A stretch of DNA of 64,000 nucleotides from a virus, in the IMG/VR virus record IMGVR_UViG_3300000228_000002, positions 1 to 64,000 of that record; one strand, 5' to 3'. The notes beneath the pieces were generated by a model. The model saw only the letters and a list, made by a program, of their open reading frames with translations, had not been told where the DNA came from and ran no database searches. Both the position numbers and the translations under genes were made by a program. Within the stretch, counting starts at the first letter, position 1; every line of letters starts with the position of its first letter. Positions 56,936-64,000 of this stretch are shown piece by piece.

Positions 56936-57235
56936 CTAGTTCATCCTGAAAGATGTTGATTTGTCGTAACCATCCCATATAGAATCAAGTACCATTACAT
57001 ATTCTTCGATCATCATACCAGCAGAAATCAGATCCGATTTGATAATAGCCATCTTGTCGATGAACTCCTGTCTACCCTGATGATCCATCGGTACAGTACA
57101 GTCTTCTATACTCCTCACCTTGTGCAGGATCCTGTTGAGTGCACTTTGAGTACCCTCAACTCCGACCATTGCCTTGATTCTCTCTTTTCTTCTTAGGCTC
57201 TCTATTTCAGCACCTACAATTGTCTCAGATAGCAT
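56936..57235 (-). CDS. Small coiled-coil protein (paralogue of 56071)
   Basis: GVEGTQSALN. Confidence 0.6.
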   Translation of the reverse strand: MLSETIVGAEIESLRRKERIKAMVGVEGTQSALNRILHKVRSIEDCTVPMDHQGRQEFIDKMAIIKSDLISAGMMIEEYVMVLDSIWDGYDKSTSFRMN

Positions 57236-57239
57236 AAAA

Positions 57240-58118
57240 TTACCCTTTACTCCAAATGTCCATCATAGTTTTGTACTTCAGAATTTCCTGGACTGACATC
57301 GTAGACAGTTTATTGGCTATGTCCTGGATGAGTGCTTCTTTTGAATCTTTATTCACAGTGAGCGACATCCTTTCGATTGCACGTACCATAGTCTGAACCT
57401 GGACACCGATAGAACCGGTGAAGTTCTGTAGATTCTTATTGATGTCCTCTTTGAACTCTTCGAACTCTTTTCTTATGTCTTCTTTGATTTCTTCTTTAAT
57501 GACTGGTGCCACTATTTCAGAAGTCTTGGTAGTTTTCCATTCATTCGGTAGAGCATGTCCCGCTTTAGACGATAGGTACAGATATTGAGACTCTGATAGA
57601 CCCAACACCCTCCACATACCACGCGATCCTTCACCCCTAACTTTATCTATAATAAGCTTTGATCCAAGCTTGGAATAGACTGCATTGGCATAGGCATCAG
57701 TAAGAGAAGGTACGTACTTGCGCATTTTCTCAGTAACGTCAGCCGATCTGAGCTTGCTCCCAATAGGGTAGAAGTGCATGATAAAGTATATGACCTGGTC
57801 TTCCATTGAGCTATAAGCATTGAGCTTTTCCCTCAGTGGCTTAACGAAGGCTTCTTCAAACTTCTCTTTTATTTCGGATGTTGAGTCGGATCTAGTTTCC
57901 AACCATGGTAGACCTTTGGCTTTGTAAACATCAATGATCTTGTTTCTGAATGGGTGACTGATTTGACTTGTGCAGATCAGAGCTCCGTTTGTGACTGGAA
58001 CTTCTCTGTTGGCCTCGGCATCTGGACGATGTGTGACCTTGAACCCGTAACTTAGAACAAAACGTGTGAACTGGTTGTCTGGCATATGCATACCAGCAAC
58101 GAGAATTTCATTAGTCAT
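57240..58118 (-). CDS. Hypothetical protein (possible receiver-like + winged-helix + coiled coil)
   Basis: AAGGAG RBS; preceded by a sigma70-like promoter. Confidence 0.6.
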   Translation of the reverse strand: MTNEILVAGMHMPDNQFTRFVLSYGFKVTHRPDAEANREVPVTNGALICTSQISHPFRNKIIDVYKAKGLPWLETRSDSTSEIKEKFEEAFVKPLREKLNAYSSMEDQVIYFIMHFYPIGSKLRSADVTEKMRKYVPSLTDAYANAVYSKLGSKLIIDKVRGEGSRGMWRVLGLSESQYLYLSSKAGHALPNEWKTTKTSEIVAPVIKEEIKEDIRKEFEEFKEDINKNLQNFTGSIGVQVQTMVRAIERMSLTVNKDSKEALIQDIANKLSTMSVQEILKYKTMMDIWSKG

Positions 58119-58149
58119 ATGACTCCTTATTTGCTATTTGAGTGGAGGC

Positions 58150-58217
58150 ACTTTACCACAACTAGGGGTTACTAGTCAATACTAGTCTTGCAAGAATGTG
58201 GTGGTTTGTGGTACAAT
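58150..58217. promoter_or_regulatory. Divergent sigma70-type promoters
   Basis: + strand: TTGCAA(58188)-18-TACAAT. - strand: TTGACT-18-TAAAGT. Both have a TGTGG extended -10. Confidence 0.55.
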
Positions 58218-58236
58218 GCATGAAAGGAGGTAAACC

Positions 58237-58326
58237 ATGAAAGATAAAGACACTTTTTTCTCGCAGACCAATTGCGATCGATGTGGGGAGCCTCTGAGTT
58301 CCAGACAAAGGTATAAATACTTCTGA
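58237..58326 (+). pseudogene. Truncated CxxC gene (MKDKDTFFSQTNCDRCG...)
   Basis: Perfect AAAGGAGGT RBS but only 29 codons; no second CxxC. Confidence 0.45.
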
Positions 58327-58368
58327 TTAAGGTTGTGGCTACATGCCTAAACGTGATAGCTAGGTCCC

Positions 58369-58563
58369 ATGAAGTATGTTTTCTTGGCTTCCCTTTGCCT
58401 CTCCTGTGGCAGAGAACAGACTGACCCCAAGGTAACAGAGACTCAGAGCCAAAGGCTCGTGGAGTATCAGAAAACCATTTCTGAGGTATGCAAAGATCAG
58501 GAATACCCTCAGACTATCAAGTTGGATGGTAAGGAATACCCCTGTGGGCATCCCGAGGAATAG
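58369..58563 (+). CDS. Small lipoprotein
   Basis: MKYVFLASLCLSC lipobox-like. Confidence 0.5.
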   Translation: MKYVFLASLCLSCGREQTDPKVTETQSQRLVEYQKTISEVCKDQEYPQTIKLDGKEYPCGHPEE

Positions 58564-58747
58564 GTATTGTGAAAATGTGGCTCCCCTTGGTATAATGTCT
58601 TATAACCAAGGGGACATTGAGCGTGACATTGGTAAATCTCTTCGCCTTAAGCAGGTGAATAAAGTGAAGATGCCTAAGTTCCTTGATGAATACGTTAACA
58701 TCAAGACAGTAGCATAACAATATTATTTCGAAAACAGAGAGGACTAA

Positions 58748-59038
58748 ATGAGTGAGATTAAAATTGAATCAATTGAAAATGATATTGAGATTCTTAATTA
58801 TTATGATCTCACCAGTGAAGAACAAAATGAGATCAAAGATAACTATGAGACTGTATCAGAGAGTAGTTTCTTCAGATATCGTGGCGGTCTTTACGACTTA
58901 AATGACTTTATGAAACTTGATAAACACTCTGAATTTATCGGCTGGAATGCCTACCATTCAGACAGTTTTTTTAGTGGTGTAATAATTAAACTTAATAATA
59001 GTGGTGAGACGTTAAACGCTGCTATGTACTTTAGTTAG
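58748..59038 (+). CDS. Phage hypothetical protein
   Basis: FFRYRG..YDL.DFM...GW....SDSFFSGV motif; GAGG RBS. Confidence 0.7.
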   Translation: MSEIKIESIENDIEILNYYDLTSEEQNEIKDNYETVSESSFFRYRGGLYDLNDFMKLDKHSEFIGWNAYHSDSFFSGVIIKLNNSGETLNAAMYFS

Positions 59039-59173
59039 GAGAGGACTAAAAATGGTTGTTCCATATATCGATCTACCAAGCTTCTTACTAGCGTCCCTTA
59101 AGGCAGTAGAAAGAGTGGTATTTTTTGTTCATTCAGATATAGTGAGGACAAGAGATTCGTATGGTAACGATCT

Positions 59174-60109
59174 CTAGTTCTTACTAGCCAACATTCCCAA
59201 ATAGGATTCAGTCACACTAGGGTATCTCAGTGATACCAGGTGCAAAAACCTCTGCTTCTGAGTGATCAGGAATATCAGTGAATTGGCTCTGTTAACTAGC
59301 ATATCCTGGTAGTTCTCTTTATTGAAGTAACCACCAAGAACAGTTGGATTATCACAGATTTGATCACATAGCATCCTGAGATAAGACTCATCAGTATTGA
59401 GAAGTTCCCAAGGGTTGGCAGTGCTTCCCTCTTTCGGATTGAAATACTCATGTATGATCGTTTGAGCGTTGGTGATGTTAACTGCCAGCTGCTGAATTGC
59501 TTGCGGATTCACCAGTCCAACCGATACTGCTTTAACAATATCTCTGGCATGCCCACCAGACGATAGGTATACTGAGATCATCATTTCTTCTGTGATTTCA
59601 GGATTCAAGAATTTCATCAGTGCAAAGGCTTCTGTCTCGGATAGAGTACGAACCTCAAGGGCTGTACATCTTGATCTGATGGTAGGGATAAGCTTCTGAA
59701 CATCAGTGGTACAGAAAATGAAGTAAATCCCTTCTTTCGGCTCCTCGATCACTTTAAGCAGACCCTCCTGGGCTTGCTTAGTCATTGAATGGAACTCATC
59801 GAGAATATAAACCTTGGCTGTACCAAAGCCTGCAAATAGTGTATCGTCTGCAATGGCTCGAACATCGTCGATACCATTGGTGTTAGCAGCATTGATTTCG
59901 TGAATGTCAGATGGGTTGCTGGCTAGAACGTTAGCAAGCATTCTGGCAAAAGTCGTCTTAGTACAACCATATGGACCATGAAATAGGAGTGCTTTAGGAA
60001 TATCAGTAGGATTGGACAACCATTTGTTGATAATTGGCTTCAGGTGTTCCTGGCCAAAAACCTCTGATAATTTCGATGGTCTAAATTCCTTACTCATCTG
60101 TAGCCCCAA
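59174..60109 (-). CDS. DNA polymerase III gamma/tau-like clamp loader subunit (AAA+)
   Basis: FRPSKLSEVFGQ, GPYGCTKTT, EINAA, ILDEFH, LLKVIEEP, TIRSRC. Confidence 0.88.
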   Translation of the reverse strand: MGLQMSKEFRPSKLSEVFGQEHLKPIINKWLSNPTDIPKALLFHGPYGCTKTTFARMLANVLASNPSDIHEINAANTNGIDDVRAIADDTLFAGFGTAKVYILDEFHSMTKQAQEGLLKVIEEPKEGIYFIFCTTDVQKLIPTIRSRCTALEVRTLSETEAFALMKFLNPEITEEMMISVYLSSGGHARDIVKAVSVGLVNPQAIQQLAVNITNAQTIIHEYFNPKEGSTANPWELLNTDESYLRMLCDQICDNPTVLGGYFNKENYQDMLVNRANSLIFLITQKQRFLHLVSLRYPSVTESYLGMLASKN

Positions 60110-60650
60110 CCTTTTTTAACTTATCAACGTTCGGATACCCATCGCCGGTCCATAACCAATCGGCAAAATGAACTCTATCAACATTGTAGTGATTTTGGAA
60201 ATTCTTCTTGAAGTCTTCCATGTCGGAATAAACTCTGGCAAATTTACCATCTGCTTGTTGGCTCTTTCTACCATTATAAACATGCTCATTATTGGCTTTA
60301 TTGATCTGGCCCTTGGTGTAGAAACCAAGCTTTTCTGCAATGATGTATGTTATCCTTGGAACAGCCAATCTAGTTTCAACTTCATGTGCAACACCGGCTG
60401 AGAAAACATTCTTGGAAATGTAGAAAACTGCCAAGTCAGCGTTTAATAAGGCAAAATCGTTGACTCTCATCAAGTAATTGATTCCGACTTCGTTGTTCCC
60501 AATATTCTTAGCGTTTGTCCATGCTTTATCTGGTCTGAATATCAGAGATTCCTTGAATGAATCGGATTCTTCAAAGATTCTTGTCATTTCATCGAAAGCA
60601 TTAAGACTGGATGCCAGGTCAATTGCTGCACCTAAATATACTGAACTCAT
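60090..60650 (-). CDS. Nucleoside 2-deoxyribosyltransferase-like protein
   Basis: VYLGAAID...F.P...ND..L..AD.AV...SAGVAHEV. Confidence 0.7.
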   Translation of the reverse strand: MSSVYLGAAIDLASSLNAFDEMTRIFEESDSFKESLIFRPDKAWTNAKNIGNNEVGINYLMRVNDFALLNADLAVFYISKNVFSAGVAHEVETRLAVPRITYIIAEKLGFYTKGQINKANNEHVYNGRKSQQADGKFARVYSDMEDFKKNFQNHYNVDRVHFADWLWTGDGYPNVDKLKKVGATDE

Positions 60651-60674
60651 GTAAACCTTCTTGTAGATTGTGTT

Positions 60675-61031
60675 TTACAGAGTGATGGCTCTGAAGTTGT
60701 CTTCGTATCTTTGCTTCAATTGGTCGAATTGCTCTTTCTTTTGTTTATACATTGGTTCGAAGTCGAACTTCACTTCATATTCTTTACCAAGCGGATGGCT
60801 CACACCGGATCCACTTTTCTTCGCAATCTTCAAATCTTCAAATACTGCATTTCCATCTTTATCTACACGTGTCCAAAATGCATTACCGCCTTGCCACCAT
60901 AGTTTATCACCAATTTGAATGTTGTGTTCTGGGTCTACATAAATAGCACAGTAATCTCTAACGTCCAGGGTGTTCACCCATTTGAGATCACCACGATCAT
61001 AGACTTGTACTACTTTACCACCCACGCTCAT
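60675..61031 (-). CDS. Hypothetical protein
   Basis: AAGGAG RBS; MSVGGKV...GDKLWWQG. Confidence 0.65.
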   Translation of the reverse strand: MSVGGKVVQVYDRGDLKWVNTLDVRDYCAIYVDPEHNIQIGDKLWWQGGNAFWTRVDKDGNAVFEDLKIAKKSGSGVSHPLGKEYEVKFDFEPMYKQKKEQFDQLKQRYEDNFRAITL

Positions 61032-61162
61032 ACATACTCCTTAATTGGCGGTAGGAGGATCCAAACCTTCAAGTCAAAGTTCACGACGACGTGCTTCAAC
61101 AGGTTGATCAACACCCGCATTTATCAATTTCGCCATCCCACCATTTCGGACATGTTTTATAA

Positions 61163-62023
61163 TTAAAAAGGATTGCAGTAATTAGGAAGTTGATTATTGA
61201 CTACGAAGTAATCGGTAACCCAATCTGGTTTACCAACATCCTTGTACTCTAGTGTGATCTCTCCGTTCATAGGGAGATTGGTAGTCTGCAGGAATTCCAT
61301 CTTCTTCGACTCACGAATTTCTTTTGCCCACACTTTATCATCTGGATTCCAATAGAACTTCTCTTTCTTGGCTATGCTCTTAATCTCCTCAAATCTTTGT
61401 TTCCGTTCGAAAAAATTCGGTTCTTTATTAGTAGGGAAAGGCCAGCTTGCTCTGATCTCGATACTGTTAGAATGACAGATGGTTAGTGCTTTGTACAGAT
61501 CGTAGTTCGAGGCCACTTTGAGCATGCTCATTACATCCGTCACTGCTCTGTGTGGGAAAGGGTTGATGAAACCGTGTGAATGTTCAAGTGATGCCAGTGC
61601 TTTTGATTTCATCTTTCTCGGATATTCAATATCCCAACATGAATCAACCCACACCTTGGGTTGGAAATATACACCATATCGGGCATAACACATCTTGAGC
61701 ATTTGATAATCATAATCTGTACCGTTGTGGGCCATGATGACATCAGCACTATTGATGAGCTCCGATAAGGTAGTAAGTTCTTTAGCTATTAGCTTCGAAC
61801 CCCACTTTGCTAACAGTTCATCTGTGATACCATTGATCTCAACTACTTCTTCATGGATTGGTAATCGACCTGGTTCATCAATGAGTTCTGAGTAGATTTT
61901 AACTGGAATACTTTCATCCCAATCCCATAGAACTGCACCAATTTCGGTGATTCTATCTTCAGGTTGAGGTCCCTTTGTGATGTCTACATTCATTCCCTCA
62001 AGATCCAAACCTAAAACGATCAT
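61163..62023 (-). CDS. DnaQ-like DEDDh 3'-5' exonuclease
   Basis: GLDLEG, EIGAV, AHNGTDYD, HRAVTDV. Confidence 0.85.
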   Translation of the reverse strand: MIVLGLDLEGMNVDITKGPQPEDRITEIGAVLWDWDESIPVKIYSELIDEPGRLPIHEEVVEINGITDELLAKWGSKLIAKELTTLSELINSADVIMAHNGTDYDYQMLKMCYARYGVYFQPKVWVDSCWDIEYPRKMKSKALASLEHSHGFINPFPHRAVTDVMSMLKVASNYDLYKALTICHSNSIEIRASWPFPTNKEPNFFERKQRFEEIKSIAKKEKFYWNPDDKVWAKEIRESKKMEFLQTTNLPMNGEITLEYKDVGKPDWVTDYFVVNNQLPNYCNPF

Positions 62024-62062
62024 CTAATTCTCCCAAATGTGTTGGGAAATTTTTAGCATCAG

Positions 62063-62316
62063 CTACTTTTGCTTTCTGTTGATTGTTTTCAAGTACGGGT
62101 CTCTGTTTTCCTTGTACTCGGCTATCTCAGGGTTCCCGAAGTAAATAATTGCCAGCCACTCTTTCTTACTGGCTTTAGGCGATGGAAATGCTGATAATCT
62201 TAACGTGGTTATCACTTTGTGGCCATTAGTTCCACAGGTGCCGGATCCTTGCCAGTTTTCAAGCAATGGAGGCATATCCACTTGTAGTGACAAGGTTTGT
62301 TTATATACTTTCTCAT
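62063..62316 (-). CDS. Hypothetical protein (start uncertain)
   Basis: Open frame downstream of the tRNAs; the 5' part of the ORF-track call overlaps the tRNA. Confidence 0.3.
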
Positions 62317-62332
62317 GACCACTTTTACAAAA

Positions 62333-62409
62333 TGGTGCTCGGAGCACGACTCGAACGTGCGGCCTCTTCCTTATCAGGGAAGTGCTCTAACCAACTGAGC
62401 TACACCCCC
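62333..62409 (-). tRNA. tRNA-Ile(GAT) with mismatched acceptor stem (chimeric/pseudo)
   Basis: D-arm GCTC/GAGC, anticodon arm CTTCC-CTGATAA-GGAAG, T-arm GCACG-TTCGAGT-CGTGC, encoded CCA. The 5' GGGGGTG does not pair with the 3' TCCGAGC. Confidence 0.8.
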
Positions 62410-62426
62410 ACATAAACAATACAAAA

Positions 62427-62515
62427 TGGGGTGACGTGTGAGAATTGAACTCACGACCTTCAGGCCCACAACCCGACGCTCTACGCCTTTCGGCTCCAAC
62501 TGAGCTAACGCCACC
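62427..62515 (-). tRNA. tRNA-His(GTG) with G-1 and a hairpin inserted in the D-loop
   Basis: G-GTGGCGT/ACGTCAC-C-CCA acceptor, TCGGG-TTGTGGG-CCTGA anticodon arm, GTGAG-TTCAATT-CTCAC T-arm. The D-loop contains GCC-GAAA-GGC. Confidence 0.9.
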
Positions 62516-62550
62516 ATTTAAAAACTTTCGAACTACCAGAAAGAATTATC

Positions 62551-63096
62551 ATGATCGATGGCGAATTCAACGGGTTGAACCCAAAGAAGGATGATCTACT
62601 CCAATTTGCTATGTTGAAAGCAGTCTTCGATAAAGAGAGTTTCCAGTATTTAGTGTCTCGCAACACTCTTAACATTTTCATTCACTCTGATGCACAACCA
62701 ACAAAGAATTTCCATAGAGAACATTTAACTGAGTGTTTTAAACAAGCTAATGCCAGTAAGATTGACCTTAAGAGAGCCAAGGAATTGGTGGACGAATATG
62801 TTGGTGACTGGTGGGGCACTGCATGGCCATGTGGTGATTGTGTAACTACGGATCTGGCTTTTGCATTCGAGAAAGGTTTATTCAAGAACAATGCCTACGA
62901 TGATAATGATGTGGAAGTCAAAGGTACAGTTGACTATAGAATTCTTGAAATGAAACCTCTTAAGGCTCTTGCAGAAACGTTTGGTTGGGAAAAGCCTAAA
63001 GATGTGCTACGTGAACACGATGCTAGAAATGATTGTTTCAATCAGATGTATGAATTGAACAACTGTCTGGCATTCTTCAAAAAGAAACTCGGTTAG
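62551..63096 (+). CDS. DEDD-family exonuclease (oligoribonuclease-like)
   Basis: IDGEFNGL...D..F...HDARNDC. Confidence 0.75.
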   Translation: MIDGEFNGLNPKKDDLLQFAMLKAVFDKESFQYLVSRNTLNIFIHSDAQPTKNFHREHLTECFKQANASKIDLKRAKELVDEYVGDWWGTAWPCGDCVTTDLAFAFEKGLFKNNAYDDNDVEVKGTVDYRILEMKPLKALAETFGWEKPKDVLREHDARNDCFNQMYELNNCLAFFKKKLG

Positions 63097-63373
63097 CCTT
63101 CAGTTCTATGAAGTGGGCTAGCATCTCGTCTAGCTCACTCATAAGCCTTTCGTCTACTGGCGATGGCTCGAAATACCAATCTCTGTAGTACAGGTTCCAA
63201 CTTATTCCACCAAACATTTTCTCATAACAAGTGCAGAAGACATGCTGATTGGTCTTCTTCACCAGTCTGTCTCGATGTTTTTCGTCACGAACATTCTTCC
63301 AAGTTCGACCTGCCCCGTCCATCATCGTTGGTGGAAATCCCTTCTTGCTACATAGACTGATTTCTCTTGGCAT
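63077..63373 (-). CDS. Hypothetical protein
   Basis: Likely start MPREISLC, coupled to the upstream stop. Confidence 0.55.
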   Translation of the reverse strand: MPREISLCSKKGFPPTMMDGAGRTWKNVRDEKHRDRLVKKTNQHVFCTCYEKMFGGISWNLYYRDWYFEPSPVDERLMSELDEMLAHFIELKANRVSF

Positions 63374-63714
63374 TATAGTTGTCCGATTAATACTTTCATT
63401 ACATAGAACAGTGCCACAGTAATAAGTACAGTGCAACACCCTTTGAAGTAGTATTCAGCAAGAGGAAACATACCCTTGGCATAGGCTTCTTCATATTCCC
63501 CTTTACTCTTAATTAGACCGAATACTTCTGCAACCCCCATAATAAATATTAGAAATAGCATCATTTTTTCGAAGGGTAGGTTGTTCAAGTTAGTCGGAAA
63601 CACTGGTTGTAGAAACCACGAAATTAGACACTGAACCTTATAGGCAAGTGCTGCCGTGACTGCAAATATTCCAATTACTGATATCCCGAATTTGCCAAAT
63701 GCTTGAAGTATCAT
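63373..63714 (-). CDS. Membrane protein (about 3 TM)
   Basis: Three hydrophobic segments; GAGGAG RBS. Confidence 0.6.
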   Translation of the reverse strand: MILQAFGKFGISVIGIFAVTAALAYKVQCLISWFLQPVFPTNLNNLPFEKMMLFLIFIMGVAEVFGLIKSKGEYEEAYAKGMFPLAEYYFKGCCTVLITVALFYVMKVLIGQL

Positions 63715-63926
63715 ATTTTCTCCTCAATTAGTACGATTTTAACTGATTTAATATCTTTGGATGAGACCATTGTTCCAGATTTCTTATCGTAGTACGTCGA
63801 ACCAGGTGTAAGAATTCCTCTAGCTGCTCTCTCAGCTACGTCTATAGCTTTGATGAACTCCGGTATGACGTATTCATATACACCGAAACTTGACAATTCT
63901 CGTAATCTCTCGTATTCCCCATGCAT
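63711..63926 (-). CDS. Hypothetical protein (5' end may extend beyond the window)
   Basis: ORF at the window edge, coupled to the next gene. Confidence 0.5.
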   Translation of the reverse strand: MHGEYERLRELSSFGVYEYVIPEFIKAIDVAERAARGILTPGSTYYDKKSGTMVSSKDIKSVKIVLIEEKI

Positions 63927-64000
63927 GAATGCAGTTCGAGTGCGACAATGGTGGATAGCTGATGAACCATAACTTTCAGACTCTAAAGACTCAGTATCAG

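Noticed and set aside
58737-59052. Repeated GAGAGGACTAAA before two starts
   Set aside because: Adequately explained as a shared RBS context; too short to call a mobile repeat.
1-64000. Genome-wide TAG stop-codon reassignment
   Set aside because: Many well-defined genes end in TAG (e.g. 9148, 20470, 22340, 27731, 29178, 40889), often with the next gene starting immediately, and long genes are not fragmented. Only two isolated in-frame ambers were seen.
1-64000. CRISPR array, DGR/retron, integrase, rRNA, intein
   Set aside because: I saw no regularly spaced repeats, no RT motifs, no recombinase motifs, no rRNA-like sequence and no intein termini.

Overview
Gene-dense 64-kb segment of a large (jumbo-type) tailed phage, most likely a contractile-tail myovirus. 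Most genes are on the minus strand. All family assignments come from visual motif recognition; no database search was run. (1) A tail/baseplate block at ~22.3-47.2 kb carries a baseplate-J/gp6-like gene, a gp25-like gene and paralogous 1302-aa and 1622-aa fibre-like proteins. (2) Six acidic modular proteins lie at 46-7424, 13068-15693, 52356-53819 and 55328-55888. Their domains (GNAT, ParB/Srx-like, ADP-ribosyltransferase-like, DMP19-like DNA mimic and others) are separated by recurring [S/T/A/V]-x-A|S linkers, including VNA|S and VKA|S, which match herpesvirus assemblin cleavage sites. This suggests capsid-packaged, protease-released effector polyproteins and is the strongest candidate for an undescribed system. 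(3) A dispersed modification toolkit: two radical SAM/SPASM enzymes, a JmjC-like oxygenase, two 2OG-Fe(II) oxygenases, two 'MIHL' paralogues and a DctP-like protein. (4) Replication and nucleotide genes: a DnaX-like clamp loader, two DEDD exonucleases and an NDT-like protein. (5) Two atypical tRNAs: His with a hairpin inserted in the D-loop, and Ile with an unpaired acceptor stem. (6) A multi-branched structured RNA at 47.5-47.7 kb, an 'M-K-amber...P-P-stop' minigene ahead of a Pth2-like operon, and many collapsed or frameshifted gene remnants. No CRISPR array, rRNA, integrase or reverse transcriptase was seen.
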